This document shows positions 29,535 through 39,182 of a DNA stretch of 44,186 bases, one piece after another (position 1 is the stretch's first letter; every line of letters starts with the position of its first letter). The translations under genes and the position numbers were made by a program. The stretch is from Patescibacteria group bacterium. Lineage in GTDB: Bacteria; Patescibacteriota; Gracilibacteria; UM-FILTER-43-11. The notes under the pieces were generated by a model, which saw only the letters and a list, made by a program, of their open reading frames with translations, ran no database searches and was not told where the DNA came from. The stretch is from contig JAJDCE010000123.1 of assembly GCA_029260985.1 (NCBI GenBank), forward strand, positions 1 through 44,186, in the 5' to 3' direction.

Positions 29535-29846
29535 TTAACAGCTTTTATCCACCCATTTCAAAAACTCCGGATTCCCATGATCAAGCGAGGTAAACACGAC
29601 ACAAGGGCATTCATAGGAGTGGTATTTTCGGATGATCTTGATGATTTTATCTTCGTTTTTTGCCCGTGTTTTAAAAATTACCACCACTTCATTGGCCTTT
29701 TGAATCTCATCATCCCACGCAAAATAAGACTCAACACTTGGCAGAATATTAGCACAGGCAATCAGCCCATCTTCCAAAAGTCCTAGCACCATATTCTTGG
29801 CTTCAGCCTTTGTGGGAAAAGTCATATAACCTAAACTCAATTTCAT
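29535..29846 (-). CDS. cutA: Divalent-cation tolerance protein CutA
   Basis: 103 aa. CutA1 pattern GLIACANILPSVESYFAWDDEIQKANEVVVIFKT. Confidence 0.8.
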   Translation of the reverse strand: MKLSLGYMTFPTKAEAKNMVLGLLEDGLIACANILPSVESYFAWDDEIQKANEVVVIFKTRAKNEDKIIKIIRKYHSYECPCVVFTSLDHGNPEFLKWVDKSC

Positions 29847-29918
29847 TTTTCTTGTGATTAATTTCTTCGTTGAGTATTATACACCCTACGCAAAATAGTT
29901 AAGAGTTAATTTAAAGCT

Positions 29919-30914
29919 ATGAAACCCTCCCCTAAAATTACCATTGAGCAAATATGTCCTGCTATTAGGGATCAGCTTGAAGATTTGTCCAGAAGATGGC
30001 GCACTCTAAAATATGTTGAGCTAGTAAGGGAGCTTGGAAGCATTTTTTCTGAATATGGGGGTACGAAGGAGTCTTTTTGCGAATTAGCTGCCCAAATCAT
30101 TTATCCTTACAAAGATCCAGTTCAGGCGGTAACTAATCTTAGAATGATGGTTGATACATCAGAATTCAGAAGGGAGGAGATTGAGGCAGGCACTTTGGGA
30201 CAAGGTGAGACAATGATTGCTGTACAAAGTCGGCAAGCAATTCAAAGAACCGTTACACCAAAAACAGTCAGAAAACCTGCAACCCGAAGATCAGTGTCCA
30301 GACCTAAAAAAAATCCGGAAATACAAGCAGGCCAGGGCCGGGAAGAAATTAGAAGAACCATTGCCGACCGTTTTGAAGCCCCTCCAAAAAGGAAGCCAAA
30401 AGTGCACCATTCTTCCCCAGATAAAATTGGCAGGAGTTATGATGAAGCTAATCCAGTCAAAAAAAAGTCAAAAACAAAAAGAATCAATAAGTCAGGGTTA
30501 GCACATCTTTCCACAGAAGAGGCGGATGAGCTCATGAAATCACTTAGTGAAAAGTGGAGTGGGGCAACATTTGGGCAAAAAATTATCGACATGAAACGCA
30601 TTACTAATTATGCCAAAAAATCTCCTACAATGAATCAGGATGCCATTGCAGAAATGGTCCATTTTTTTTCAAAACTACCACTTGCCAGCATTTTACCCTT
30701 TGTTCAAATCGCTATTCGACTAGATGCAAAACAATGTAAACTTTTTAATTTTAAATTAGCTGAAGATCTTTCTTTAGAAGAGTTTGTTGAGTGTTTTAAT
30801 GAAGTTAATTACGATTTTGATATATTTATTAAGCGCATTTCAAATAGTGCAAAAAAAACCGGTCGTTTGCTAACACGAAAAGGGCTCATGGCAGCTTATC
30901 ATGCTGTAGTATAG
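29919..30914 (+). CDS. Hypothetical protein (331 aa) with a central Lys/Arg/Pro-rich linker
   Basis: ATG ORF with two helical regions separated by a basic low-complexity stretch (VRKPATRRSVSRPKKNPE...KRKPKVHH...KKKSKTKR). No family recognised. Confidence 0.6.
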   Translation: MKPSPKITIEQICPAIRDQLEDLSRRWRTLKYVELVRELGSIFSEYGGTKESFCELAAQIIYPYKDPVQAVTNLRMMVDTSEFRREEIEAGTLGQGETMIAVQSRQAIQRTVTPKTVRKPATRRSVSRPKKNPEIQAGQGREEIRRTIADRFEAPPKRKPKVHHSSPDKIGRSYDEANPVKKKSKTKRINKSGLAHLSTEEADELMKSLSEKWSGATFGQKIIDMKRITNYAKKSPTMNQDAIAEMVHFFSKLPLASILPFVQIAIRLDAKQCKLFNFKLAEDLSLEEFVECFNEVNYDFDIFIKRISNSAKKTGRLLTRKGLMAAYHAVV

Positions 30915-30923
30915 TTTTTCAGC

Positions 30924-31508
30924 CTATAATATTAATGAATACTGAAGCTCCTCGGGCTCATGCTCTTTCATCATTTTATCCAGAACCGATTTTAAAACCT
31001 CAACATCATAAAGCGCTCGATGCAGGTTACCCTGCTTCAGATCAACCTTGTAATGTTCAGCCAGTGCCGAAAGTTTGCCCGGCATACTTTGCTCCCGTGC
31101 GTAAGCAAGCGAGCAAGCTACCTGAGCATTCTGATAAGGAGTCATTCCATTTTTAACCAAATTTGAATTTAAGATTTCGTAGTCAAAGCGAATGTTATGA
31201 GCTACGAGAGGACGGTTACCACAGAAGGCAATAAAATCCGTAAGCACTTCATTGGCCTGTCGGGCTTTTTCAATCGCCTCCCTTGGAATCTTATGAACTT
31301 TCCAAGCTCCTTCCGACATCTTATTCATATTGACTGAAATAAGCTCCTGAAACTCAACCGGCTCCTTGCCTTTTTCCCAAATCACACCAGCCACCTCTAC
31401 AACATCATCATGAAACGTATTGAGACCAGTCGTCTCCGTATCAAATAAAACAAAACTTTCTCCTGAATGATAACGCCGAACAAGATCTTGGAAAGGAATT
31501 AATTGCAT
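30924..31508 (-). CDS. DEDDh 3'-5' exonuclease (DnaQ/epsilon-like)
   Basis: 194 aa. Exo I FDTETTGL, Exo II AHNIRFDYEIL, Exo III HRALYD. Confidence 0.8.
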   Translation of the reverse strand: MQLIPFQDLVRRYHSGESFVLFDTETTGLNTFHDDVVEVAGVIWEKGKEPVEFQELISVNMNKMSEGAWKVHKIPREAIEKARQANEVLTDFIAFCGNRPLVAHNIRFDYEILNSNLVKNGMTPYQNAQVACSLAYAREQSMPGKLSALAEHYKVDLKQGNLHRALYDVEVLKSVLDKMMKEHEPEELQYSLIL

Positions 31509-31553
31509 GACTATTTATTATTTGCTAATTACTATTTAGGAGCACGGGGGCTA

Positions 31554-31976
31554 TTATAAATCACCTGTAACTTTTTGGCGAGACTGTTTTTTTTGACTCT
31601 GAATTTTTTTATTTTGAAGACGTTTTTCTTTAGATTTTCTTGAAATTTTCGACTTTTTTCGCTCAGGCTGGACATAAAAATAGCGACGAAGTTTATCAGT
31701 CAATTGAGAAAAGGCCTGAGTGATATTTTGATCCCGTTTGCGTTGTCCAATCGACCGAGTCACCAATTCACGAGTCTTCTGGGAATAGCGGCGGTGCACA
31801 TCTGGAATCCTATAAATAAGCCTCACTCCATTTTGATTCTTATTCACATTCTGCCCCCCTGGTCCACCAGAGAAAAATGATATTTCCACATCATCTTTTT
31901 TAATCCGTAATTTACCTTCCGGTAGCTGAACCGTAATGGTCAGATTATCCCGATCAAATTGTACAAAATCATTCAT
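31554..31976 (-). CDS. arfB: Ribosome-rescue peptidyl-tRNA hydrolase ArfB (RF-1 domain, GGQ)
   Basis: 140 aa with GPGGQNVNK and a basic C-terminal tail (KKSKISRKSKEKRLQNKKIQSQKK). Confidence 0.85.
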   Translation of the reverse strand: MNDFVQFDRDNLTITVQLPEGKLRIKKDDVEISFFSGGPGGQNVNKNQNGVRLIYRIPDVHRRYSQKTRELVTRSIGQRKRDQNITQAFSQLTDKLRRYFYVQPERKKSKISRKSKEKRLQNKKIQSQKKQSRQKVTGDL

Positions 31977-32101
31977 ATCATAAGCATACCAAATTATTAT
32001 TCAGCTGTCGTGTTCGATCAAAGTTAGTCGTGGCCTTCGTCGCAATTATGATAGGCTATACTTGGTCGATAAAACATTATGTTACAGTTAGGAATGTAAC
32101 T

Positions 32102-34723
32102 ATGCCAAAAACCAAAAAAACCAAAGGATTATCAAATAAAGAAGCGGCTAAGGCTTTGGAGCGTTTTGGTTTTAATGAACTCAAAAAGAAGCGACAGCTG
32201 AGAGGCCTCACCATCTTTTTAAGGCAATTCACCAATTTTATCGTTTGGATTCTGGTGATCGCCGCCGCCATTTCGTATGGAATAGGTGAGCAGATAAACT
32301 TTTGGGTGATTGATTTCATCATTGTGTTTATTATCCTCATGGGTTTTTTACAAGAATATAAAGCCGAGAAATCTATAGAGGCATTAAAGGCTATTGTTGA
32401 GCCAACCACTAAAGTGATCAGAGAGGGCCGGCTGCTTAAAATTGCCTCCAAGTTCGTTGTTCCAGGCGATCTTCTCTCTCTCGAAATGGGAGATAAAGTA
32501 CCGGCTGATGCCAAAGTAATAGAAGAAACCGCTCTCAAATTAGATGAATCAACTTTAACAGGCGAAAGTGACCCAGTGGGCAAAGAAAAGAAGAATGAAA
32601 TATATGCAGGAACTCAAATTGTTTATGGGCGATGCATGGCCTTGGTTCAGGAAACAGGCATGAAAACAAAGCTGGGAAATATTGCCAAGATGATTCAGGA
32701 AAAAGAAAGCCTGACACCGCTCCAGATCCGCTTCAATAAGCTCGGCAAAATGCTGGCAATGATAGCTCTCGGTGCTTCAGTCATCGTTTTAGTCGGAGGA
32801 ATTGCTAGGGGCGCCACCGCCACAGAAATGCTCATTGTTGCCTTAGCATTAGCCGTCGCCGCTGTACCGGAAGGCTTGCCGCTCACCGTCACCCTTGCCC
32901 TCTCATTTGGCATGCACCGTATGTCTCAAAAAAAATCACTCGTCAGGCGTATGATGGCCGTTGAAACCCTGGGGAGCACCACCATTATTTGCTCCGACAA
33001 AACCGGTACGCTCACCAAAAATGAAATGACGGTTCAAAAACTCTATCTCAATGGCACAGGATTAAAGGTAACCGGTGCAGGGTATAAACCTCAGGGAGAA
33101 TTTATGCTAAAGGATAAAATTTATCCAAAATCAGATCATTTGCACGATTTGCTCAGAGCAGCAGTGCTTTGCAATAACGCCGAACTCACTCTTCGCGGAA
33201 GACGATGGGATCCAGTGGGAGATCCCACTGAACTGGCGTTGCTAACCGTGGGGGCCAAGGCAGGGTTTTTTAAGGATAAGCTCGAGAGACAATATAAAAG
33301 AGAGGAGGAAGTTCTATTTTCCAGCACACGAAAAATGATGACCACTGTGCACAAGCATCGAGATGGTCATTTTGCATTCAGCAAAGGAGCCCCGGAAGAA
33401 ATATTAGAACGCTGTAAGTACTGGATAGTAAAAGGAAAAAAAGTGAAAATGACCGCCAAAGACAAGAGGGAGGTTTTAAAAACAAATCATCATTATGCAA
33501 GACAGGCGCTGCGGGTTTTGGCGCTCGCTCAAAAAACCTCTAAGAAAAAAGGATTCCTCTCAGAAGAAATTGAAAAGGAGCTGACATTCCTCGGTTTAAC
33601 GGCCATGAAAGATCCTGCACGACCCGAAGTAAAAGAAGCCATCGCAACCTGCAAGAAAGCTGGAATTGAAGTGTGCATGATCACAGGCGACCATGAGCAA
33701 ACTGCCGTATCCATTGCCCATCAAATAGGCATGGTCAGCGATCTGGAAGTTCAAGCCGTTACCGGTAAAGTCATCGATGGCCTGTCCGATAAAGAACTCG
33801 CCGCACTCCTCAAAACCGTCCGCGTATTTGCCCGCACTCAACCCGAGCATAAACTACGTATCGTCAAACTCCTCAAAAAACACGGCCACATCGTCGCCAT
33901 GACAGGCGATGGAATCAATGACGCCCCCGCTCTCAAAAAAGCTGACATCGGCATTGCCATGGGCATTAAAGGAACTGACGTCACCAAAGAAGCAGCTGAG
34001 ATGATCTTGGAAGATGATAACTTTGCCACCATCGTCGAAGCCGTGAAAGAGGGAAGGCGAATCTACGCGAATATCGAAAAATTCACAGCCTATTTAATCT
34101 CCAGGAATTTCACAGAAGTGATTCTGATATTCCTTGGAATTCTCTTTTTTGACTTTAAATTCCTTCCGCTACTCGCTATCCAAATCCTCTTTATCAACGC
34201 CTTCGATGAAGAGATGCCTGCCATTGCGCTTGGCTTAGATCAGGCTCATGGAGACATTATGACTGACGCTCCCCGAAACCCTAAAGAATCCATTCTGAAT
34301 AAATTTAATACCTTTATTGTCTTCAGTGTCGCCACCGTAATGGCGCTGGTTGCTTTCATCATTTTCTTATCCCAAGATCCAGTCAACAACATCGAAAAAG
34401 CTCGAACCATGGTTTTTACCACCATCGTGGTGATGGTTATTTTTGATACTTTCAACTTCCGATCCTTAAAACTTTCCACTTTTACCGTGGGCTTTTTCAA
34501 CAACCGCCTCCTCAATATTGCCATCCTGCTTATTATGGCGGTGACAGGATTTGTAATGTACTTCCCACCCACCCAAAAAGCCTTCCAGCTTGTCCCACTA
34601 GGAATAGGCGATTGGCTCATATGTACACTGGCCGCAGCCACCACTTTTGTGTATATGGAAAGTATAAAGTGGTTCAGGCGTAGAATGGATGGAACAGTAA
34701 ATAATCCAGTTATCACTAAATAA
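32102..34723 (+). CDS. P-type cation-transporting ATPase, P2 (Ca2+-ATPase-like) subtype
   Basis: Motifs TGES, PEGLP, DKTGTLT, TGD, MTGDGINDAPALKKADIGIAMG. The track ORF begins at a GTG (32030). The ATG at 32102 (MPKTKKTKGLS...) is preferred. Confidence 0.88.
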   Translation: MPKTKKTKGLSNKEAAKALERFGFNELKKKRQLRGLTIFLRQFTNFIVWILVIAAAISYGIGEQINFWVIDFIIVFIILMGFLQEYKAEKSIEALKAIVEPTTKVIREGRLLKIASKFVVPGDLLSLEMGDKVPADAKVIEETALKLDESTLTGESDPVGKEKKNEIYAGTQIVYGRCMALVQETGMKTKLGNIAKMIQEKESLTPLQIRFNKLGKMLAMIALGASVIVLVGGIARGATATEMLIVALALAVAAVPEGLPLTVTLALSFGMHRMSQKKSLVRRMMAVETLGSTTIICSDKTGTLTKNEMTVQKLYLNGTGLKVTGAGYKPQGEFMLKDKIYPKSDHLHDLLRAAVLCNNAELTLRGRRWDPVGDPTELALLTVGAKAGFFKDKLERQYKREEEVLFSSTRKMMTTVHKHRDGHFAFSKGAPEEILERCKYWIVKGKKVKMTAKDKREVLKTNHHYARQALRVLALAQKTSKKKGFLSEEIEKELTFLGLTAMKDPARPEVKEAIATCKKAGIEVCMITGDHEQTAVSIAHQIGMVSDLEVQAVTGKVIDGLSDKELAALLKTVRVFARTQPEHKLRIVKLLKKHGHIVAMTGDGINDAPALKKADIGIAMGIKGTDVTKEAAEMILEDDNFATIVEAVKEGRRIYANIEKFTAYLISRNFTEVILIFLGILFFDFKFLPLLAIQILFINAFDEEMPAIALGLDQAHGDIMTDAPRNPKESILNKFNTFIVFSVATVMALVAFIIFLSQDPVNNIEKARTMVFTTIVVMVIFDTFNFRSLKLSTFTVGFFNNRLLNIAILLIMAVTGFVMYFPPTQKAFQLVPLGIGDWLICTLAAATTFVYMESIKWFRRRMDGTVNNPVITK

Positions 34724-34725
34724 TA

Positions 34726-36096
34726 ATGCCCGAACAATTTAAAGTTGAATTAATATTCCCTGTTGAAAGAAAAGTTGAACATCATATAGAAGCCAGTCAG
34801 CCAAGTATTATCAGGCAGGTGTTACTACCTCAGCATGCAAAAAAAAGAAGCATGTCCACACCTCCTTTAGGCTTATTACGACTGGCCACATTTACACCTG
34901 AGGAGGTCGAAGGCAGGAAAATAGTTCTTTCAATACGGGACGATGTTGTAAATCAGATACATCCTCAGGAATGGGATAAGGGTACAAAGCCTGATCTTGT
35001 TGGGATATCCTGTACAACTGCAGCAAGCGAAAGGGCTGCTTACTTAACCGCTGAAGCATTAAGAAGGGATATCCAGGTCGTAATGGGCGGACCGCATACA
35101 AGTGTCGACACCGATAGTGCATTAGAAACAGGAGCTGCCGTAGTCAAAGGTCCCGGAGAATTAATTTGGCCGGAGATACTGCATTCTGCTGTAAATGGCG
35201 GTTTGAAAAATCAGGTATATGAAAAAAAGGAATCAAATCATTTAGGCGGCACCACATTACCTCCAAGGTCTTTTTTTAATGCAGAAGATTATTTCAGCAC
35301 CAATATCTTAAGCGCCGGAGAAGGCTGTCCTTATCAATGTCCTTTTTGCTCCACAAAATTGGTAAAGGGGGCTTATCAGGGTAGGGATGTGAAAGATGTA
35401 TCAGCAGAAATCGATCAATTCCAGCATGATGATGGAATGGTTATTGTTACTGACGATAATTTTTTTATGCATCCAAACGTTGGCGATATAATGGAACATT
35501 TAGGAAAAAAAGGTCATACCTGGTATGCCTCCGCGTCCTCTAAATTAGCTGATAAAAAACCGGATTTAATCAGATTAGCAGGTAAAAATGGATGCAGATC
35601 TTTGTTCCTTGGTATAGATAATCTGGAAGGATTACCAAAAAATAATAATGTTGATTATGGAAGGCTGATTGAGAGAATCAGGCAGTGCGGAATGACTCCT
35701 GCAATAGGCTTTGTTTTAGGGCTTGGCGATCCTACAAAAGAAGGTCTGCAAGAAGAGGCTGACAGCATTAAGAGATTTATAACAAAGTTCAGAATCGCCA
35801 TGGTTCACTTAAGCAGCTCCGTGCCATATCCCGGCACGCAGGAATATCAATTAAAAAAAGATAGAATTAACAAGCCGCCATCTCAATATGACACTCAGGG
35901 CCAGGTTGTGTACCGTCCCAAGCATTTAAGCGCTGAAGAATTTAACGAAATTTATTTTAGGCTTTGCAAAGATTTATACGCAATCCCGAATATTCTCTGG
36001 AGGTTATCTTCCATACCGGGTATGAGGGAAAAAATGGAATTATTTTTTTATAACCTGAGCAGGTGGAGGCATGTTAAAAACAATTTCCAAAAGTAA
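34726..36096 (+). CDS. B12-binding-domain radical SAM protein
   Basis: 456 aa. N-terminal Rossmann-like B12-binding region. CxxxCxxC cluster motif GCPYQCPFC. Starts 2 nt after the ATPase stop. Confidence 0.8.
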   Translation: MPEQFKVELIFPVERKVEHHIEASQPSIIRQVLLPQHAKKRSMSTPPLGLLRLATFTPEEVEGRKIVLSIRDDVVNQIHPQEWDKGTKPDLVGISCTTAASERAAYLTAEALRRDIQVVMGGPHTSVDTDSALETGAAVVKGPGELIWPEILHSAVNGGLKNQVYEKKESNHLGGTTLPPRSFFNAEDYFSTNILSAGEGCPYQCPFCSTKLVKGAYQGRDVKDVSAEIDQFQHDDGMVIVTDDNFFMHPNVGDIMEHLGKKGHTWYASASSKLADKKPDLIRLAGKNGCRSLFLGIDNLEGLPKNNNVDYGRLIERIRQCGMTPAIGFVLGLGDPTKEGLQEEADSIKRFITKFRIAMVHLSSSVPYPGTQEYQLKKDRINKPPSQYDTQGQVVYRPKHLSAEEFNEIYFRLCKDLYAIPNILWRLSSIPGMREKMELFFYNLSRWRHVKNNFQK

Positions 36097-36155
36097 ATTC
36101 ATTTGTAAAACAAATAGAGTGCCAAAGCAACCTCAGATCATACAAATTCCTTACC

Positions 36156-36611
36156 CTATTTCCTAAATCTGATCACAGCAGTCTCTTCAGTGCGCGTATC
36201 ATTCTCAGCCTCATCTTCTTCTTCATCGTCTTCAAAGAGGTTTTCAGGAAAGCTAAGTGTTAAACACTGGTCAGCAGCAGCTTTCAAGGTAGCTTGTACA
36301 TCTGATCTTATAGCTCTGAGCTGAATGGGATTTAGCCCTCCTCTTTCTTCCGCTAATTCAGTTTTCCAGGTAGAACCTTGTCGATTGGCTTGCTCCATTT
36401 TAGCCGTTCCTTTTACTAAAAATTTATTATCAGGATTAACCAAGCTCCACATATGGGCAGTGCCATCAGTGTCATCAGATCGCTGTAAAAGAAGAGCAAG
36501 CTTAGCACGACCTTCTTTTGTTGGCTGCTCAAATACAGCAAAATTAGTTCTGACAGCCTCAGAAGTCACATTAAATGGAACATTATCTTTATCTATAGAA
36601 ACAGCTCTCAT
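36156..36611 (-). CDS. Hypothetical protein (151 aa) with an acidic C-terminal tail
   Basis: ATG ORF, divergent from the Fur-family gene and sharing its Fur-box-containing spacer. Tail EDDEEEDEAEND. Confidence 0.6.
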   Translation of the reverse strand: MRAVSIDKDNVPFNVTSEAVRTNFAVFEQPTKEGRAKLALLLQRSDDTDGTAHMWSLVNPDNKFLVKGTAKMEQANRQGSTWKTELAEERGGLNPIQLRAIRSDVQATLKAAADQCLTLSFPENLFEDDEEEDEAENDTRTEETAVIRFRK

Positions 36612-36775
36612 ATTTGGGGGGCAAAATTGATATACACGAAAAGGAATATAGATGAGTGAAAATCAGATGTCAAAAGATTTTTCACATGAAATTCTTAGGC
36701 TATAAAATATCCAGTGATTCAGGCTACTGAAATAATATATTTAAACTTGTATTATTTCTTTGCAAAGCTTATATT

Positions 36776-36794
36776 AATAATGAGAATCATTATC
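36776..36794. promoter_or_regulatory. Fur box
   Basis: AATAATGAGAATCATTATC matches 17/19 positions of the consensus GATAATGATAATCATTATC. It lies 17 nt upstream of the Fur-family ATG. Confidence 0.8.
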
Positions 36795-36810
36795 GTTAAT
36801 TAAATTTATA

Positions 36811-37203
36811 ATGATCGTAACCGACAAAAAATGCAGGAAGTCTCAGCAACGGAAAGTTATTTTGGATGAACTGCAAAAATCAACCGCTCATCCCACTGCT
36901 AAGCAACTCTATCAATTAGTCAAAAAGCGATTACCTGACGTCGGTATGGCAACAATTTACAGAAATCTGGATCATTTAGAAAAAAATAACCAAGTCATCA
37001 AGATAGGGTCAAAACAAAATGAGACTCGATATGATGGGAAGATTAGCAAGCATTGTCACCTGATTTGCAGAGACTGTAACCATATCATCGATTTAATGGA
37101 TGTGGATAAAATCATCATTAAATCAAAAGAATTGAAACAGTCCAAATTTAAAATCGATCCGAACTACGCTGAAATTTTCGGCACCTGCAATGCCTGCTGT
37201 TAA
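36811..37203 (+). CDS. fur: Fur-family metalloregulator (Fur/PerR-like)
   Basis: 130 aa. Winged-helix N-terminus (QRKVILDELQK...HPTAKQLY...ATIYRNLDHLEK). HCHLICRDCNHIID and C-terminal GTCNAC Cys pairs. Confidence 0.85.
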   Translation: MIVTDKKCRKSQQRKVILDELQKSTAHPTAKQLYQLVKKRLPDVGMATIYRNLDHLEKNNQVIKIGSKQNETRYDGKISKHCHLICRDCNHIIDLMDVDKIIIKSKELKQSKFKIDPNYAEIFGTCNACC

Positions 37204-37336
37204 TACTCTTTTTCATCCCGACCTTGCCGGAAGGATCCCTCGATATATATAAAGCGATTTCTCCGCTTCGGTCGAAATGAAAAAAGTAACATATTGCTGA
37301 ACAATGCAAAAATCATAATCCTTAATCCTAAATATT

Positions 37337-37900
37337 ATGTGTGAAGAAACAAAGAACTGCTGCGGCTCAAATTGCTGCAAATCATTACAAATAGGCAAGT
37401 CCGCTCCGGAATTTACAATGGAGGGCTACTTCAAAGGAGAGAAGAAAAAGTATTCTCTGGAAGACAATAAAGGCAAATGGACTTTACTCTTCTTTTACCC
37501 ACTCGATTTCACATTCGTTTGCCCAACCGAATTAATCGAATTGAGTAAAAAAGTAGATGAATTCGAAACAAACAATACCCAGGTTTTCGGAATAAGCGTC
37601 GATAGTGTTTACTCACACGAAGCCTGGCTAAAGGAAATGGGTGATCTCAACTACCCACTCCTCAGCGACCTCACCAAACAGGTCAGCAAAAGTTACAACG
37701 TTCTCTTGAAAGAAGAGGGAATCAGCCTTCGTGGAGCGTTCATCATTGATCCAAATGGAGTCCTGAAATGTTACATGGTCAACGATCTCTCCATCGGCCG
37801 AAATGTCGATGAGCTCATCCGTTTAATCCAGGCCTTCCAAACCGGCGATCTTTGCCCCGTTGGCTGGCACAAAGGCGAAAAAACTCTCGGAAAAGCCTAA
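37337..37900 (+). CDS. ahpC: Typical 2-Cys peroxiredoxin (AhpC/Prx1) with a Cys-rich N-terminal extension
   Basis: 187 aa. Peroxidatic FTFVCPTE, resolving LCPVGW. Extra N-terminal [16 protein letters not shown]. Confidence 0.88.
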   Translation: MCEETKNCCGSNCCKSLQIGKSAPEFTMEGYFKGEKKKYSLEDNKGKWTLLFFYPLDFTFVCPTELIELSKKVDEFETNNTQVFGISVDSVYSHEAWLKEMGDLNYPLLSDLTKQVSKSYNVLLKEEGISLRGAFIIDPNGVLKCYMVNDLSIGRNVDELIRLIQAFQTGDLCPVGWHKGEKTLGKA

Positions 37901-37988
37901 AAAAGTCTCAAGAGCGAGTGCGAGTCTCAAGAATATGAAACCCTTGAGATTTGAGACCCGCACTAAATTATTTCATAATTTTAATAAT

Positions 37989-38591
37989 ATGTTCGAACTG
38001 CCACCACTACCCTACGACTACAACGCCCTTGAGCCTCATGTAGATGAGGCAACCATGATCGTTCATCACGATAAGCATCATCAGGGTTACACCGATAAAC
38101 TCAATAAGGCCTTAGAAGGCCACGACGATCTCCAGTCCAAATCAATCGAAGAGCTATTAACAGGTCTCGACTCATTGCCGGACGAGGTTAAAGGAGGTGT
38201 CCGCAACAATGGTGGGGGCTACTTTAATCATCTCATTTTCTGGAATTCTATGTCACCCGATGGAGGTGGAGAGCTTGAAGGCGCCTTGTCTGAAGCTATC
38301 AATGAAGCTTTTGGTGACTTTAATTCATTCAAAGAGCAATTCTCTGCGGCAGCTGGAACTTTATTCGGCAGCGGTTGGACGTGGCTAGTTAAAGATTCCT
38401 CCGGAAAGCTCAGCATCATGACCACTCCAAACCAGGATTGTCCGCTTAGTAAGGGCTTAAAGCCCCTCTTAGCACTCGATGTGTGGGAACATGCCTACTA
38501 TCTCAAATATCAAAACCGCCGACCGGAATTTATTGAAGCATGGTGGAATGTGGTAAATTGGAAAGAGGCGGAAAAACGGTATAGCTCATAA
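37989..38591 (+). CDS. sodA: Fe/Mn-family superoxide dismutase
   Basis: [17 protein letters not shown] start as in canonical SODs, then [28 protein letters not shown]. The track ORF start (37860) overlaps ahpC and is unlikely. Confidence 0.88.
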   Translation: MFELPPLPYDYNALEPHVDEATMIVHHDKHHQGYTDKLNKALEGHDDLQSKSIEELLTGLDSLPDEVKGGVRNNGGGYFNHLIFWNSMSPDGGGELEGALSEAINEAFGDFNSFKEQFSAAAGTLFGSGWTWLVKDSSGKLSIMTTPNQDCPLSKGLKPLLALDVWEHAYYLKYQNRRPEFIEAWWNVVNWKEAEKRYSS

Positions 38592-38600
38592 ACTATCTTT

Positions 38601-39164
38601 ATGATTAATAGCAAAAAAGCTGAATCGGATTATCCGATATCCAACATCATTGCAAACCGATGGAGCCCTGTCTCTTTTAGTGCTCAGGCAGTCGAGCAGG
38701 AAAAAATCAATTCGCTAATCGAAGCAGCTCGTTGGGCGCCAAGCGCCTTCAATGAACAGCCATGGCAATACATTGTCGGCATAAAAGGGGATGAAACCCA
38801 TCAAAAGCTTGTCGATACGTTAGCCGAAGGCAATGATTGGGCAAAAGACGCTCCAGTGCTCATGTGTTCAGTCGCAAAATCCTTTTTCGACCACAAGCAC
38901 AAACCCAACCGTCACTACATGCACGACACAGGGATGGCCACCATGAATCTCGTCCTCCAGGCCACTGAGCTGGATCTCATCACTCACCAAATGGCTGGCT
39001 TTGACTTGGAAATGATCAAGAAAACGTTTAATCTGGATGAGGGATTTGAACCCGCTTCCATGATTGCGATTGGCTACGCTGGTGATCCGAAAAGCGATGA
39101 TATGAAGACAAGAGATGAAGCGCCGCGACAACGAAAAAACCACTCCGATTTAATTTGGAAATAG
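38601..39164 (+). CDS. Nitroreductase family protein
   Basis: 187 aa. RWSPVSFS...LIEAARWAPSAFNEQPW. Confidence 0.8.
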   Translation: MINSKKAESDYPISNIIANRWSPVSFSAQAVEQEKINSLIEAARWAPSAFNEQPWQYIVGIKGDETHQKLVDTLAEGNDWAKDAPVLMCSVAKSFFDHKHKPNRHYMHDTGMATMNLVLQATELDLITHQMAGFDLEMIKKTFNLDEGFEPASMIAIGYAGDPKSDDMKTRDEAPRQRKNHSDLIWK

Positions 39165-39182
39165 AACTTAACCTTTTATGAT

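Noticed and set aside
32030-32101. GTG-initiated 24-aa extension of the P-type ATPase
   Set aside because: The extension is hydrophobic junk with no similarity to ATPase N-termini. The ATG at 32102 is followed by a typical basic N-terminus. This remains uncertain without alignment.
37204-37336. Second Fur box upstream of the peroxiredoxin (AATGCAAAAATCATAATC)
   Set aside because: It is only a partial, gapped match to the 19-bp consensus and cannot be told from AT-rich background by eye.
37860-37988. Upstream extension of the SOD ORF, overlapping ahpC
   Set aside because: Canonical Fe/Mn SODs begin at MxFELPxLPY, and the ATG at 37989 gives exactly that. The extension is hairpin-rich spacer sequence.
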